Virus record (IMG/VR): IMGVR_UViG_3300034045_000019
Direction: 5' to 3' (one strand)
DNA: 64,000 bases
From: a virus
Shown: in pieces, positions 8,463-19,012 of the stretch
Position numbering within the stretch: position 1 is the first letter of the stretch
Layout of the letters: every line of letters begins with the position of its first letter
Program-made: the position numbers and the translations under genes
Notes under the pieces: generated by a model
What the model was told of the DNA's origin: nothing
Databases searched by the model: none
What the model saw: only the letters and a program-made list of their open reading frames with translations

Positions 8463-10352
8463 ATGGCCAAATTTGAAATTATAACATTTAATAAAATATA
8501 TAACCAAATTGTATATGCATTAAAAAAAACGTATAATAAAGCAGGTAGTGTTTTCACAACTGCATCGCCGTTTGGGCAGTTATTAGCAACTATATCACAA
8601 TTATTTCAGTTAAACACATTGAATGTACAAAACGTTTCTAGATCATATGATTTAAACGATTCTTTGAATAATAATGAAAATACAGCGCGAGCGTTAGCAC
8701 GAGTTGGACAGTATAATCCAAGTAGAGGGCAAGCTGCATTTGGTACAATTAAATTAAAAATTAGAGGGGGGTCTGATTTAAGCGAAATCCCTGGTGGAAA
8801 AATTATATTTAAAGATAAATATAAATTATTGAACAAATCAAACAATTTGAATTATGTGCTTGAATTAAACCAAGACAGTTTAACATTTACATTAGATAAC
8901 CAAATTCCTATAAGTTTAAGCATTGTGCAAGGTGAGTGGAAAACACAAACATTTACTGGAAATGGTGAAATAAATCAAAGTATAAATATAAATTCACCAA
9001 CATCAATGCAAATTGATAATTATAGATTTAAAGTTTATGTGAATTCCGAATTATGGACACCAAAAACGCATAAATTTGATTTATTAAAAGATGAGAATGC
9101 GTACGTACCATATACTTCATTTACTGGTGGACTAGATATTTTATTTGGTAATGGTAATGAAGGGCGTGTGCCAGATTTAGGTTCAATTATACGTGTAGAA
9201 TACTTTGCAACAAACGGAATAGACGGTAATATAACAGATGATTCGATAAATCAATTTAATTTTATAGATCAACCTAAGTCATATTATAATGAAGATATAG
9301 ATGTGGCACAATTATTTGATATTTATATTGAAAATAAAATAACATTTGGGAGTAATGGTGATACCACACAATATTTGAAATCAATTTTACCATATGCTAG
9401 TTCAAATTTTGTATTAGCCGGGCCGGACCAATATAACTTCTTTTTAAGACGTTTAGGCATATTTTCTATCATAGATGTATATGTGAGTGATAAAAACTCA
9501 GTAGACACGGTTAATGATATACATAAGCTATTAAAAACTAATACTGAGTTATTAAATACAATGAATGCCGCCGACAATAATACAACATTACGACAATTAG
9601 TTGAGACTAATCTATCTGAAGTTAAATTATTAAGAAAATTATTATTAACAGAAGGTGGCAATAATGTTGTTAATTTATTTTTAATACCTGACATACGTGT
9701 ATTTTATGGTAATAGCGATATTAATTATTTTAATATGGATTTAGACTTATTAATATTAGACGACAATGAACATGAGCGAATATTAAAATATCTATCAACT
9801 GCCGGAATACAAATTATAACAAACGAAGTAAATATAGTTAAACCAAAAATTAAAAAATTTGTTATAAATTTGACATTAAGATTATATGATGATGCAGTTG
9901 AAACAAATATCATAAATACAATTACAGATACAATTTCAACATATTTTATAGAAGAGATGCGAAGAGACCGAATACCGCCGTCAGATATAGTTAGATTAAT
10001 TGATGCCGTAGATGGTGTAGATTCAGTTACTGTTGAATTTGTATCTGAAGAAAATGAGAATTATCATAAAGAATATTTGATAAAATCTAAAGAATTTGTT
10101 ATAGCTAATGGCCGAAATCCTAAAGCAAGCGAGATAATCATGAGTGATGGTAATATATATGACCCAATTAAATCAATAAATTTAGATTTAATCTTAGGCG
10201 ATATTATTATAGAAAAAGAAGATTTACCAATAATAAGAGGTGGTTTTACAGATAGGTATAATAATTTTTATAATTTACAGCCAGGTGATTCAGTATTTTC
10301 ACCTATAAATATATTAATACTGCCAGAAAAAACAAAAAGAAAAAAATTATAA
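8463..10352 (+). CDS. Baseplate wedge subunit (T4 gp6-like)
   Basis: ALARVGQYNPSR and FGNGNEGRVPDLGSIIRVEYFATNGIDGN match gp6-family motifs. Confidence 0.8.
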   Translation: MAKFEIITFNKIYNQIVYALKKTYNKAGSVFTTASPFGQLLATISQLFQLNTLNVQNVSRSYDLNDSLNNNENTARALARVGQYNPSRGQAAFGTIKLKIRGGSDLSEIPGGKIIFKDKYKLLNKSNNLNYVLELNQDSLTFTLDNQIPISLSIVQGEWKTQTFTGNGEINQSININSPTSMQIDNYRFKVYVNSELWTPKTHKFDLLKDENAYVPYTSFTGGLDILFGNGNEGRVPDLGSIIRVEYFATNGIDGNITDDSINQFNFIDQPKSYYNEDIDVAQLFDIYIENKITFGSNGDTTQYLKSILPYASSNFVLAGPDQYNFFLRRLGIFSIIDVYVSDKNSVDTVNDIHKLLKTNTELLNTMNAADNNTTLRQLVETNLSEVKLLRKLLLTEGGNNVVNLFLIPDIRVFYGNSDINYFNMDLDLLILDDNEHERILKYLSTAGIQIITNEVNIVKPKIKKFVINLTLRLYDDAVETNIINTITDTISTYFIEEMRRDRIPPSDIVRLIDAVDGVDSVTVEFVSEENENYHKEYLIKSKEFVIANGRNPKASEIIMSDGNIYDPIKSINLDLILGDIIIEKEDLPIIRGGFTDRYNNFYNLQPGDSVFSPINILILPEKTKRKKL

Positions 10353-10618
10353 TGAGCATATTACAAAATAACCGAGAAATACCTGAAATCCATTTAATTA
10401 AGCATAAACACGATAGTGAACCAAATGATGCAGGGTTTGATTACAGCAAAAATATATTAAAGCGTACAATATCGCCAATACTATATAATAATGATAACAA
10501 TGAATTATTTTTAAATAAATTAAATGATCTGATTGCAGTAATGTTCGATTCTGTATTACCAGTCAGAAACATTTTCTTTTACACGTTAGATAAATATTAT
10601 AATAAACATGGCAAATAA
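10352..10618 (+). CDS. Small hypothetical protein, possibly baseplate-associated
   Basis: 88-aa ORF overlapping the stop of the wedge gene. Confidence 0.6.
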   Translation: MSILQNNREIPEIHLIKHKHDSEPNDAGFDYSKNILKRTISPILYNNDNNELFLNKLNDLIAVMFDSVLPVRNIFFYTLDKYYNKHGK

Positions 10619-10994
10619 CTTAAAATTAATCGGTAAAGTCGCACAATTTCCGGACGATACTAAAGCGGTAACCGCTCTATCATTTTTAAATGAAATCAGA
10701 GCGAATCCGAAACATATATGGTATGTTGTAATTGAAGACCAACAAAATGAGTTAAAAACCGTAAAATACAATCGATCAGTGGATTTAAACTTAATAGAAT
10801 ACACTGACGGGTTAAAAAAATATTATTTAGAAAAATTTAAAGATAGTGATAATATTATAGAGCAATTAAATAATATTACAGTTACCGGTGAAGCTGATTT
10901 TGCAGTTATAAAAAATATTCCGAATATTAGTATAGAGGAAAAAACCTTAATCTCGATTATAGCATCAGATTTAATAAAATTATTATCTAAATAA
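10608..10994 (+). CDS. Hypothetical protein
   Basis: 128-aa ORF in the operon. Confidence 0.75.
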   Translation: MANNLKLIGKVAQFPDDTKAVTALSFLNEIRANPKHIWYVVIEDQQNELKTVKYNRSVDLNLIEYTDGLKKYYLEKFKDSDNIIEQLNNITVTGEADFAVIKNIPNISIEEKTLISIIASDLIKLLSK

Positions 10995-10996
10995 AA

Positions 10997-11413
10997 ATGA
11001 GCAATATAATAATACATCCTAATAATTTCTTTTTAGTTTTGTGCAAAAGCCGCAAAAAACTAGATAAATACATTAAAATTAATAAAATAAAAAATAAATA
11101 TATTATTGACATTAACCAAATGTTAATAGAAGAAGAAATGACATATGAACAAGCTGTTAATTCGGATTTATTTAAAATATTAATAGTTAAAAGATTTAAC
11201 CAAGCTAAAGAAAAGAAGAAAGATGTATATTATATACCAGTAACAAAAAATAAAGAAATTTATTCCAAGTTATTTTCTATTAAAAAAGTATTTAAAAATA
11301 CACATAATTTTAATCTATTGTATTTTTACGAAGATTTTATTGCACAACCGCCAGAAGACATTATGAATAATATATCAGAATTTGATATTTGTCAAATATT
11401 AAAAGACTATTAA
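10997..11413 (+). CDS. Hypothetical protein
   Basis: 138-aa ORF in the operon. Confidence 0.7.
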   Translation: MSNIIIHPNNFFLVLCKSRKKLDKYIKINKIKNKYIIDINQMLIEEEMTYEQAVNSDLFKILIVKRFNQAKEKKKDVYYIPVTKNKEIYSKLFSIKKVFKNTHNFNLLYFYEDFIAQPPEDIMNNISEFDICQILKDY

Positions 11414-12471
11414 TCAATAAAAAACCGAGTAGGCGTTATAACAACTCCAATACTATGGTAAATAAACCCACCGCTTTTAGCCGATCCATTTTTAATTGGG
11501 TCATAATGTTGTAACTTAACTATTTTGCCCATAAAATGTACATTTGCCTCATTTATATCATCTGTATTTATATTAAACTTTTTAAATAATGATATTAAAT
11601 TTTCAGTTTTCAATTTAGGCGAAATTATAAATGTCTTACCTACTTTTAATTCAACTTTGTGTGCAGGTTTATCCGCGAAAACAACAAAAAATCGTTTAGG
11701 TCTAGCGCTTTCATCAATTACTATATCGATAATTTTACGTTTTTTATATCCGTCATTCGTTTTCCATAATATTTCCATATTTGGTTTAATAACATATTCT
11801 TTATCTAATATTACATCAGACGGGGACATTTCGTAATAAGATTTAGAATATTTATCTTCAACTTTATTATCATCACTAAACTCTAATTCTATATTTGACA
11901 ATGCCGGCAAATTATGTGTAGATAATGATGTTAATGGATATTCTTTCATGAATTCAGCATCAGATTTTAATAAATCTATTTTTCTTGCTTTTTTACCGTC
12001 AATATAAATAACTTTGTCATATTCATATAATTCGCCACTTGTATTAGTGTGGTATCGCTTAATATGTGAGTTTGCTTTATCTATTATTGTAGACTCACTT
12101 GTTGTTGATGGAAATAAAACAACAGTTAAAACTACACCATCTTTAACAATTGCAACATACTTATTACCTTTATAATGATCTTGTGTTTCAATATCTGCAA
12201 TACCTATTAATTGTGTCGGGCCATTCATTAACATTAAATTACCAGTACAGAACAAACCATTCATTGGTGTTTGTAATTTATCTAATTTGTTTAATAACAA
12301 ATAATATAAAACATGCTTTGTTCTAGTTAGTGCTTTTTTGTTGAATATATCTTGAAATTCTGGTTTTACTTTATTATTTAGTTTAATATTAGCTATTCTT
12401 ACTGCTATTCTATTATTACGCTCGGATTGATAATGTTTTGAAAACTTAAACTCGTTTATACTTGTATACAT
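11410..12471 (-). CDS. Hypothetical protein, putative internal head protein
   Basis: 353 aa; N-terminus MYTSINEFK. Confidence 0.75.
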   Translation of the reverse strand: MYTSINEFKFSKHYQSERNNRIAVRIANIKLNNKVKPEFQDIFNKKALTRTKHVLYYLLLNKLDKLQTPMNGLFCTGNLMLMNGPTQLIGIADIETQDHYKGNKYVAIVKDGVVLTVVLFPSTTSESTIIDKANSHIKRYHTNTSGELYEYDKVIYIDGKKARKIDLLKSDAEFMKEYPLTSLSTHNLPALSNIELEFSDDNKVEDKYSKSYYEMSPSDVILDKEYVIKPNMEILWKTNDGYKKRKIIDIVIDESARPKRFFVVFADKPAHKVELKVGKTFIISPKLKTENLISLFKKFNINTDDINEANVHFMGKIVKLQHYDPIKNGSAKSGGFIYHSIGVVITPTRFFID

Positions 12472-12483
12472 TAATAAAATATA

Positions 12484-12515
12484 TTTTCTTTATTTTATAT
12501 ATAAAATAAAGAAAA
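12484..12515. promoter_or_regulatory. 32-bp perfect palindrome centred on TATATA, putative bidirectional late promoter
   Basis: TTTTCTTTATTTTATA|TATAAAATAAAGAAAA between divergent starts 12471 and 12530. Confidence 0.55.
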
Positions 12516-12529
12516 GTATTTAAAATAAA

Positions 12530-13462
12530 ATGGGTAAAAACGTAAGCAATTATAATATTTTATCGCTTGACGGTGGTGGTATTAAAGGATTAATATTATT
12601 AAAACAATTAATAGCATTAGAAAATATAGTCGGCATGCCGTTAAATAAGTATTTTGATATGATTTCAGGTACATCAACTGGCGGTATTGTCGCAACGTTA
12701 TTAAGCTTAGGAATGCCCGCTAAAGATATTTTACAATTATATACAAAACATGGTAAAAATATATTTAAAAAACGTTTCTTGAGATTTGGTTTGTTTAGAC
12801 CTAAATATAGTGATAAATATTTTAATAAATTACTTAAATATTATGTTGGCGAACATCGATTAGCAGATATTAAAGACAACGAATTACTGTTAATAGGGTA
12901 TGACGCAACTATAAAAGACAGTATAATTTTTAAATCAGGTGAAGCAAAAAAAAATAATAAATTAAATTACTCATTATTTGATGCAGTTCGTATAACCGCG
13001 AGTGCTCCGGCATATTTTAAACCGCACCAAATAGAAGGAGACTCACATTATTATATAGATGGTGGGTTAGTAGTTAATAATCCCGCACTAAAATCGTATT
13101 TTTATGCTAAAAAATTAATTAATAACCACGAACATATAAATATTATTTCATTTTCTACTGGAAGTAGAGAAAAAGGAATAAATTTTAAAACAGTTAGAGG
13201 TGGGAAAATAAATTGGGCAAAAGTAGCATTGGATATTATGTTAGTTGAACAAGCAGAGACAACTAATAATAATTTGAGAGAAATATACAATTTTGAATCA
13301 GGGCTTTACACAAGATGTTTATCAATAATAAAAAATAGTTCAGGTGTAATTGATGACGCGAGTAAAAAAAATATTAATAATATGTTATTAGATGGCGAAT
13401 TATCTATAGATAAAAATCTAGACGAAATGCTTGATTTCATTGAAATTACTAAAATAAAATAA
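12530..13462 (+). CDS. Patatin-like phospholipase
   Basis: LSLDGGGIKG, GTSTGG nucleophile elbow, DGG motif. Confidence 0.95.
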   Translation: MGKNVSNYNILSLDGGGIKGLILLKQLIALENIVGMPLNKYFDMISGTSTGGIVATLLSLGMPAKDILQLYTKHGKNIFKKRFLRFGLFRPKYSDKYFNKLLKYYVGEHRLADIKDNELLLIGYDATIKDSIIFKSGEAKKNNKLNYSLFDAVRITASAPAYFKPHQIEGDSHYYIDGGLVVNNPALKSYFYAKKLINNHEHINIISFSTGSREKGINFKTVRGGKINWAKVALDIMLVEQAETTNNNLREIYNFESGLYTRCLSIIKNSSGVIDDASKKNINNMLLDGELSIDKNLDEMLDFIEITKIK

Positions 13463-13489
13463 TATATAAAATAAACATATTAATATTAA

Positions 13490-14116
13490 ATGCCACATAT
13501 TTTCACAACGGACAACGTCATCATATTTATTAGTACTATAATCACTTTTTGGGTATTCAATAATAAAGCATTGCGTGACGGCTTAACACAATGGTTTATT
13601 GATCGTAAATTAAAAAACAGAAATGATATAGAAAGACATCATGTAAAAACGGCGTTAGAAAGTGTGAAGTTCAAAAGCAGACATATAGTATATGATAATG
13701 AATTAAAAACTGAATTATTTCAATTATATGTTTCTACATTTATAGATAATATGGCAGAATATGTTGACACTATTATTGATAAATACAATGGTTTAGACTT
13801 TATTGAAACAAAAAAATTAGTTACTGAAGAAATGTATAAAACATTAACTAAGATTAATTACGAATTAGAACTTAAAGTAAAAATGCCAGAAAAATTACAA
13901 TTAACTTTTGAAAAATTTAGTAATTACTTGGCAATTCATCATAGTAATGAAATCGACAATACATTATCTGCAATAAGTAAAGAAATATTAATAAACCAGG
14001 TGTTTAACACCGTAGCATCTAATTCTAGCTGGTTTTTATTTTATTCAACCGCGATGTTTGATAATTTCAACGGCGCGTTCAATACGTTGACGCATAAAGA
14101 CGTGTTCAAATCATAA
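13490..14116 (+). CDS. Membrane-anchored hypothetical protein
   Basis: N-terminal hydrophobic helix (VIIFISTIITFWVF) followed by a soluble helical domain. Confidence 0.7.
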   Translation: MPHIFTTDNVIIFISTIITFWVFNNKALRDGLTQWFIDRKLKNRNDIERHHVKTALESVKFKSRHIVYDNELKTELFQLYVSTFIDNMAEYVDTIIDKYNGLDFIETKKLVTEEMYKTLTKINYELELKVKMPEKLQLTFEKFSNYLAIHHSNEIDNTLSAISKEILINQVFNTVASNSSWFLFYSTAMFDNFNGAFNTLTHKDVFKS

Positions 14117-14216
14117 TTTATATACTACAATAAGTATTTTTTAATATTTACGTATAGTAACTGTATCAATGCGTTTTCGACGTTATTATCGTAACCAATA
14201 CTAAAATATTTTATTA

Positions 14217-14693
14217 CTAAAGTTTCTGCACAAGTTTAAAATATTTTATTGTTGACGTACTTGTATTATCTAAATCAAAGTCATTTATTATTGCTTTATC
14301 TATAATTTCACCTTCGTATTTTAATTCTATCATATCATCTGGGTAAACATCTTCAATGGATGTTAAATTATTTTCTAATATAATTTTATATTTTAACTCT
14401 TTTAAATCATTCGGCGATATGTTACCTAAAAATACTCGTTTGTTTTCATTGAAATATTTATCATAATCGTATACTGATAAATAGACTAATTTTATTTCGT
14501 GCTCAGCAAAATTCATTAATTCACCGTTTATTTTACTCCTAACAAAATATTTATATTCATTATCTGGTTCACCATTTTTTTTGCCGTATCTAGGATCTAT
14601 CTTTATCACGGTGTAATAGCACAAGTCATGCTCAATTATAGAATTCGTTGTTATTTTTCCGTGTGCGGGTGTTGGTAATATTATTCCTTTCAT
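14217..14693 (-). CDS. Hypothetical protein
   Basis: 158-aa ORF filling the gap. Confidence 0.6.
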   Translation of the reverse strand: MKGIILPTPAHGKITTNSIIEHDLCYYTVIKIDPRYGKKNGEPDNEYKYFVRSKINGELMNFAEHEIKLVYLSVYDYDKYFNENKRVFLGNISPNDLKELKYKIILENNLTSIEDVYPDDMIELKYEGEIIDKAIINDFDLDNTSTSTIKYFKLVQKL

Positions 14694-14764
14694 GTGTTAT
14701 GTTATATTTTATAGCAATTATAATCATAATTTCTTATTATATAAAATAATTAATATATAAATTT

Positions 14765-14995
14765 GTGAAAAATATATTAAACAAAAAAGAGTTTAAAAAA
14801 TTAAATGAAACTTTCAATATTGTTAAGGGTAGTGATATTTATATACATCATCCTATAACACAAGATATTATAAAAGTTAAAGTTGTACGTAAATATCCTA
14901 CAACTGTAGAAGTTGCGGTGTTAAATGACTCACCATATTTTGGGCAACCAAATTTTAAGATAAACAAATTAAATGTTATAGGTGTAGCAAACTAA
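14765..14995 (+). CDS. Small hypothetical protein (GTG start)
   Basis: 76 aa, MKNILNKKEFKKLNE N-terminus, AATATATAA at 14752-14760. Confidence 0.7.
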   Translation: MKNILNKKEFKKLNETFNIVKGSDIYIHHPITQDIIKVKVVRKYPTTVEVAVLNDSPYFGQPNFKINKLNVIGVAN

Positions 14996-15016
14996 TTTGA
15001 CAAATTTCGGTATAAT
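14989..15016 (+). promoter_or_regulatory. Putative phage middle promoter AAAC-N18-TATAAT
   Basis: Same motif and spacing recur before several DNA-metabolism genes. Confidence 0.5.
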
Positions 15017-15032
15017 TAAAAATATATATCGT

Positions 15033-16643
15033 ATGCTATTAGATAAAACGCCTAGACCGCAACAGTTAGAATTATTAGAATTTAGTAAAGAGGCCATTAC
15101 TAATAATAAAAAATTTTGTTTAATTGACGCCCCAACCGGGGTTGGAAAATCGTATTTTATTGTTATGTTTATGGATTGGTTTAAAAAACAATATGATGCA
15201 ACTGCACATTTTGATATTTTAACTAATTCTAAAATATTACAAGAACAATATACTAATGACTACCCATTTATACATTCATTATGGGGTAAAAATTCTTATT
15301 CGTGTGAAAAACATAATACTGATTGTGGAGCAGGTTCTGAATTGTGTAAAGTATCAAAAAGTAGTTGTGATAACTGCCCATATAATTTAGCTAAACATGA
15401 ATTCGAGCATAATGTTGTCGGGTTGACTAATTTTCATTTGTTTTTAACATATAAAATATTTATGCCACAAAATTACGCTAGATCATCTCGTGTTTTAATT
15501 ATAGATGAAGCGCATAGTTTTGAAGAAGTTTTTACTGATTTTATATCTGTAAAAATTAATAAAAATTTATTAAAACGAAATGGGTTTAATGAATATGAAA
15601 TAACTAAAGCTATTGATACATTTGGGCCAAACCCAGAAAAACTAGAAAACAAAGCATTTGTTAATATAATCAATAATGATTTTTTACCAATCGCACGAAC
15701 CGTATTAAGTAGATTAAAGAAAGAAGCAGATAACGGTAATATTAAGTCAATAAAATTAGCACAGTCATTAAATAATAACTTATTAAAATGGACAAAATTA
15801 AAAAAAGATTTCGATGATAATGAATCTAATTGGGTGATTGAGATACAAAAACAATATGTTCGCGACGAAAAAACAAATAAAGTAAAAGATGTTTATTACG
15901 ATTTTCACGCGCAACCAGTGTGGGCAAATAAATATTTACCAGATGCTGTTTGGAAACATTACGATTATGTTATGATGTTGTCTGGTACTATACTAGATAA
16001 AAAATTATTTGCTGAAATAAATGGATTAGATTTAGAACAAACAGTATATAAACGAATAGAATCTCCATTTCCAATTAAAAATAGACCAATATATTTTTTT
16101 AATAATTTAGGGAATCAAACATACTCAACTAAAGAATTAACATGGAATAAGCAAAAACGTATTTTGACTCAAATTCTGAATAAACATAAAAATGACAAGG
16201 GTATTATACATACGTCAAATTACGAAATTCAATCCTGGGTGAAAAATGATTATAATTCTAATAGAATACTAGCGCACGCCAGTGATGATCGATCAGAGGT
16301 GCTTCAAAATCATTATATAAGCAAAAATCCAACTATACTTGTTTCGCCATCGATGACAACAGGTGTAGATTTAATTGATGATATGTCAAGACACCAAACA
16401 ATATTGAAAATGCCATACCCGTATTTAGGTTCTAAAAAAATAAAACAACGTATGAACACAAATAGTGATTGGTACGGTTGGAAAACGTCGGTAGAATTAA
16501 TGCAAATGTACGGTAGAAGTATACGAACAATGAACGATTACGCCAAAACATACATATTAGACGGCAGCTTTGGCAATGTACTCAAATATAATTCACGGTT
16601 TTTGCCTAAATGGTTTAAAGATGCTATAAAAATAGTAAATTAA
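15033..16643 (+). CDS. dinG: DinG/Rad3-like SF2 helicase
   Basis: APTGVGKS Walker A, IIDEAH, SPFPIKNRPI, SPSMTTGVDL, KMPYPYL, QMYGRSIR; Cys cluster CEKH..C..C..C..CPY; ATG 15033 preferred over TTG 14997. Confidence 0.88.
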   Translation: MLLDKTPRPQQLELLEFSKEAITNNKKFCLIDAPTGVGKSYFIVMFMDWFKKQYDATAHFDILTNSKILQEQYTNDYPFIHSLWGKNSYSCEKHNTDCGAGSELCKVSKSSCDNCPYNLAKHEFEHNVVGLTNFHLFLTYKIFMPQNYARSSRVLIIDEAHSFEEVFTDFISVKINKNLLKRNGFNEYEITKAIDTFGPNPEKLENKAFVNIINNDFLPIARTVLSRLKKEADNGNIKSIKLAQSLNNNLLKWTKLKKDFDDNESNWVIEIQKQYVRDEKTNKVKDVYYDFHAQPVWANKYLPDAVWKHYDYVMMLSGTILDKKLFAEINGLDLEQTVYKRIESPFPIKNRPIYFFNNLGNQTYSTKELTWNKQKRILTQILNKHKNDKGIIHTSNYEIQSWVKNDYNSNRILAHASDDRSEVLQNHYISKNPTILVSPSMTTGVDLIDDMSRHQTILKMPYPYLGSKKIKQRMNTNSDWYGWKTSVELMQMYGRSIRTMNDYAKTYILDGSFGNVLKYNSRFLPKWFKDAIKIVN

Positions 16644-16797
16644 AGCAGTTAGATAGATTTAACACAGATAAAATTGTATCATCTGTTATAAAAACATATA
16701 ATATTACACTATAATAGATTATCGATAAATCTAAATGAAAAATAAAAATAGAATATGTTAGAATAACATCAATAAATAAAATAAAATAAAATAAAAT

Positions 16798-17070
16798 ATG
16801 AGCATATACAACGAGTTAACCGGCGGTTATGAAAAAATGAAGGAAGAATCAAAAAAAAATGAACGGTATGAAACATATGATGTGTATATACAATTCGATG
16901 ATGACACTCCCATATTAGCATTTCCAATGATACCAAATGATGATTCAATAATATTTGAATTAAACGCGCTCGGTGAAGACGAAAATGGTAAGAATAAAAA
17001 CAAAATATATTTTAAAGACAAACAAACAGGTAAAACATTTAAAATGTATGTAAAAAAATATAAAAAATGA
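16798..17070 (+). CDS. Hypothetical protein
   Basis: 90-aa ORF. Confidence 0.75.
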   Translation: MSIYNELTGGYEKMKEESKKNERYETYDVYIQFDDDTPILAFPMIPNDDSIIFELNALGEDENGKNKNKIYFKDKQTGKTFKMYVKKYKK

Positions 17071-17372
17071 TAAAACACTTAATTAAAGTAGATTATATAA
17101 AACAACTTATGAGTAATAACAATATGAGTAATGACGTATTGTTAGCAATTGATAATTTGAAAAATGTAATTATACAAGAGCAACAAAAATATATAAATGA
17201 GTTAAAAGAACTAGACCATATTGAAATAACGAAACGAGAACTTAATGTAAGCCCAGGTAATTTAATTTTAATAAATAACGCGTATTTATATTTATCAAAA
17301 ATAAATGAAGATACATTAGAACTAATTATTAATGATGGTGAGGTTTTGATTGTTAAATATATAATTATATAA
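17067..17372 (+). CDS. Hypothetical protein
   Basis: 101-aa ORF, ATGA overlap. Confidence 0.65.
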   Translation: MIKHLIKVDYIKQLMSNNNMSNDVLLAIDNLKNVIIQEQQKYINELKELDHIEITKRELNVSPGNLILINNAYLYLSKINEDTLELIINDGEVLIVKYIII

Positions 17373-17605
17373 TGGTAAATGATATAACAACTATATTTTT
17401 TAATAAATATTTTAATAATAATATACAAGATGATGATAAAATTGAGTCATTTATATCTACAATACCTGAAAATTTATATGTGTATGCACATTCGCGAATA
17501 TTAGATTTTATAAAAACCGATTACGACCGTGTACAATACGATAAGTTCGCATATAAATTATATTTAGAAATAAACAAATTATGGCAGACATCAAAAAAAC
17601 AGTGA
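17372..17605 (+). CDS. Hypothetical protein
   Basis: 77-aa ORF overlapping both neighbours. Confidence 0.6.
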   Translation: MVNDITTIFFNKYFNNNIQDDDKIESFISTIPENLYVYAHSRILDFIKTDYDRVQYDKFAYKLYLEINKLWQTSKKQ

Positions 17606-18609
17606 TAACACAAATAAAAGACAATGATATGTTTTTATCTATATTAGACGTCTATAAAACTGAATTAACATCTTGTACATTATTAGAAATAGACGACGAT
17701 ATAAGTCGCACCGGGTTTTTAAATACTGTTTATTGTATAACAATAAATGGTAAATTAATATCTATATTAGTTCCATTATTTTCTACATCAAAAACAATTA
17801 CGTGGGATTATAGTTATTTAGATAAAATAAAAAATATTATAACTAATAAGTACAAAAAACAAATTGATATTAGCAATATAATTAAACTTGTATTATTCGA
17901 ACATGTTAATGATACAACACATTTTTTATCAATCACTAAACTTGTTGACATGTTACAGTATGGGTTAAAAGGCAAAAATGGAAATTCTGTATATTTTTGG
18001 TTACAGAATTTGCCGAATAATAAATGTTTAAATAAAACTCAATTACAGAATGATTTATTTAAAAACATTTTGCCATTCATGACTAAAGAACAAATAAAAG
18101 AATATGCTATTGATTATGCAAATAAATATTATATGAATTATGGCGACACTCACGGGCGAAATAAACAAGAAATGATCACAAATATCGCAGACGGTACGTA
18201 TATTGAATTGATGATGTATGTCGAATTAAATAAGAAATATAACGACGTTGAATTGGTGTTAACAAATGGTGATGATAAAGGTGTTGATATAATAATAACC
18301 GAAAATAATGTAAGCTATAATATAGACGTTAAATCAACATCTGGTCCAACATTGAAAATCAATAGATTACGTGAGCAAACTGATTTTTATGCAGTGTGTG
18401 TACGTAATAATACTAAAAAAGGATATACGTTTTTAGGGTTTTTAAACAAATATGATTTTTGGGAGAGTAATGCACATAATAGTAAAAAACCAAAAGTTAA
18501 AAATGGTGTACATGTTAAAGATTTGAAAGAGTTGAAAAAAAGAATAAATAAAACGTTGGACACTAGCATTAATAATAATAATGTGCAAGTTAGTTCATTT
18601 ACTTTATAA
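17581..18609 (+). CDS. Putative PD-(D/E)xK restriction-endonuclease-like nuclease (C-terminal domain)
   Basis: DGTYIE...DDKGVDII...IDVKST catalytic pattern. Confidence 0.6.
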   Translation: MADIKKTVITQIKDNDMFLSILDVYKTELTSCTLLEIDDDISRTGFLNTVYCITINGKLISILVPLFSTSKTITWDYSYLDKIKNIITNKYKKQIDISNIIKLVLFEHVNDTTHFLSITKLVDMLQYGLKGKNGNSVYFWLQNLPNNKCLNKTQLQNDLFKNILPFMTKEQIKEYAIDYANKYYMNYGDTHGRNKQEMITNIADGTYIELMMYVELNKKYNDVELVLTNGDDKGVDIIITENNVSYNIDVKSTSGPTLKINRLREQTDFYAVCVRNNTKKGYTFLGFLNKYDFWESNAHNSKKPKVKNGVHVKDLKELKKRINKTLDTSINNNNVQVSSFTL

Positions 18610-18619
18610 TATATAAAAT

Positions 18620-18988
18620 ATGACACGAGAGGAGCTTATAGAATATATTGAAGATAATGATATTAGATTTAATATTAATATTAATAATTCAACAGATGAA
18701 GAATTATTATTATTTGTTGAACAACATAAATACATTAAAAGACGAAAAGATGGTCAAGCATTTTCTGATGCAATGGGTGTCAAACTTGTGTTGTCGAACT
18801 TAGATGATGCGACTAAGGCATTAATTGATGATTATTTTAAAGTCGCACAGGGGTTTTTATGCCAAGGATGGTGGAAATCTGCTTTACGTGATTTAAACGG
18901 AAGAACCGCCACTGCATATGTTAGCCAAGAATTATTGGATGATATACGATTACAGATGTCAAATTATATATTGCAATCATATAATTAA
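18620..18988 (+). CDS. Hypothetical protein
   Basis: 122 aa; AATATATAA at 18608-18616. Confidence 0.75.
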   Translation: MTREELIEYIEDNDIRFNININNSTDEELLLFVEQHKYIKRRKDGQAFSDAMGVKLVLSNLDDATKALIDDYFKVAQGFLCQGWWKSALRDLNGRTATAYVSQELLDDIRLQMSNYILQSYN

Positions 18989-19012
18989 TATATAAAAATA
19001 AACTAATTTATT

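Noticed and set aside
14997-15016. E. coli-type TTGACA...TATAAT promoter, and a TTG start for dinG
   Set aside because: The spacer is only 8 nt; the site fits AAAC-N18-TATAAT better, implying the ATG at 15033
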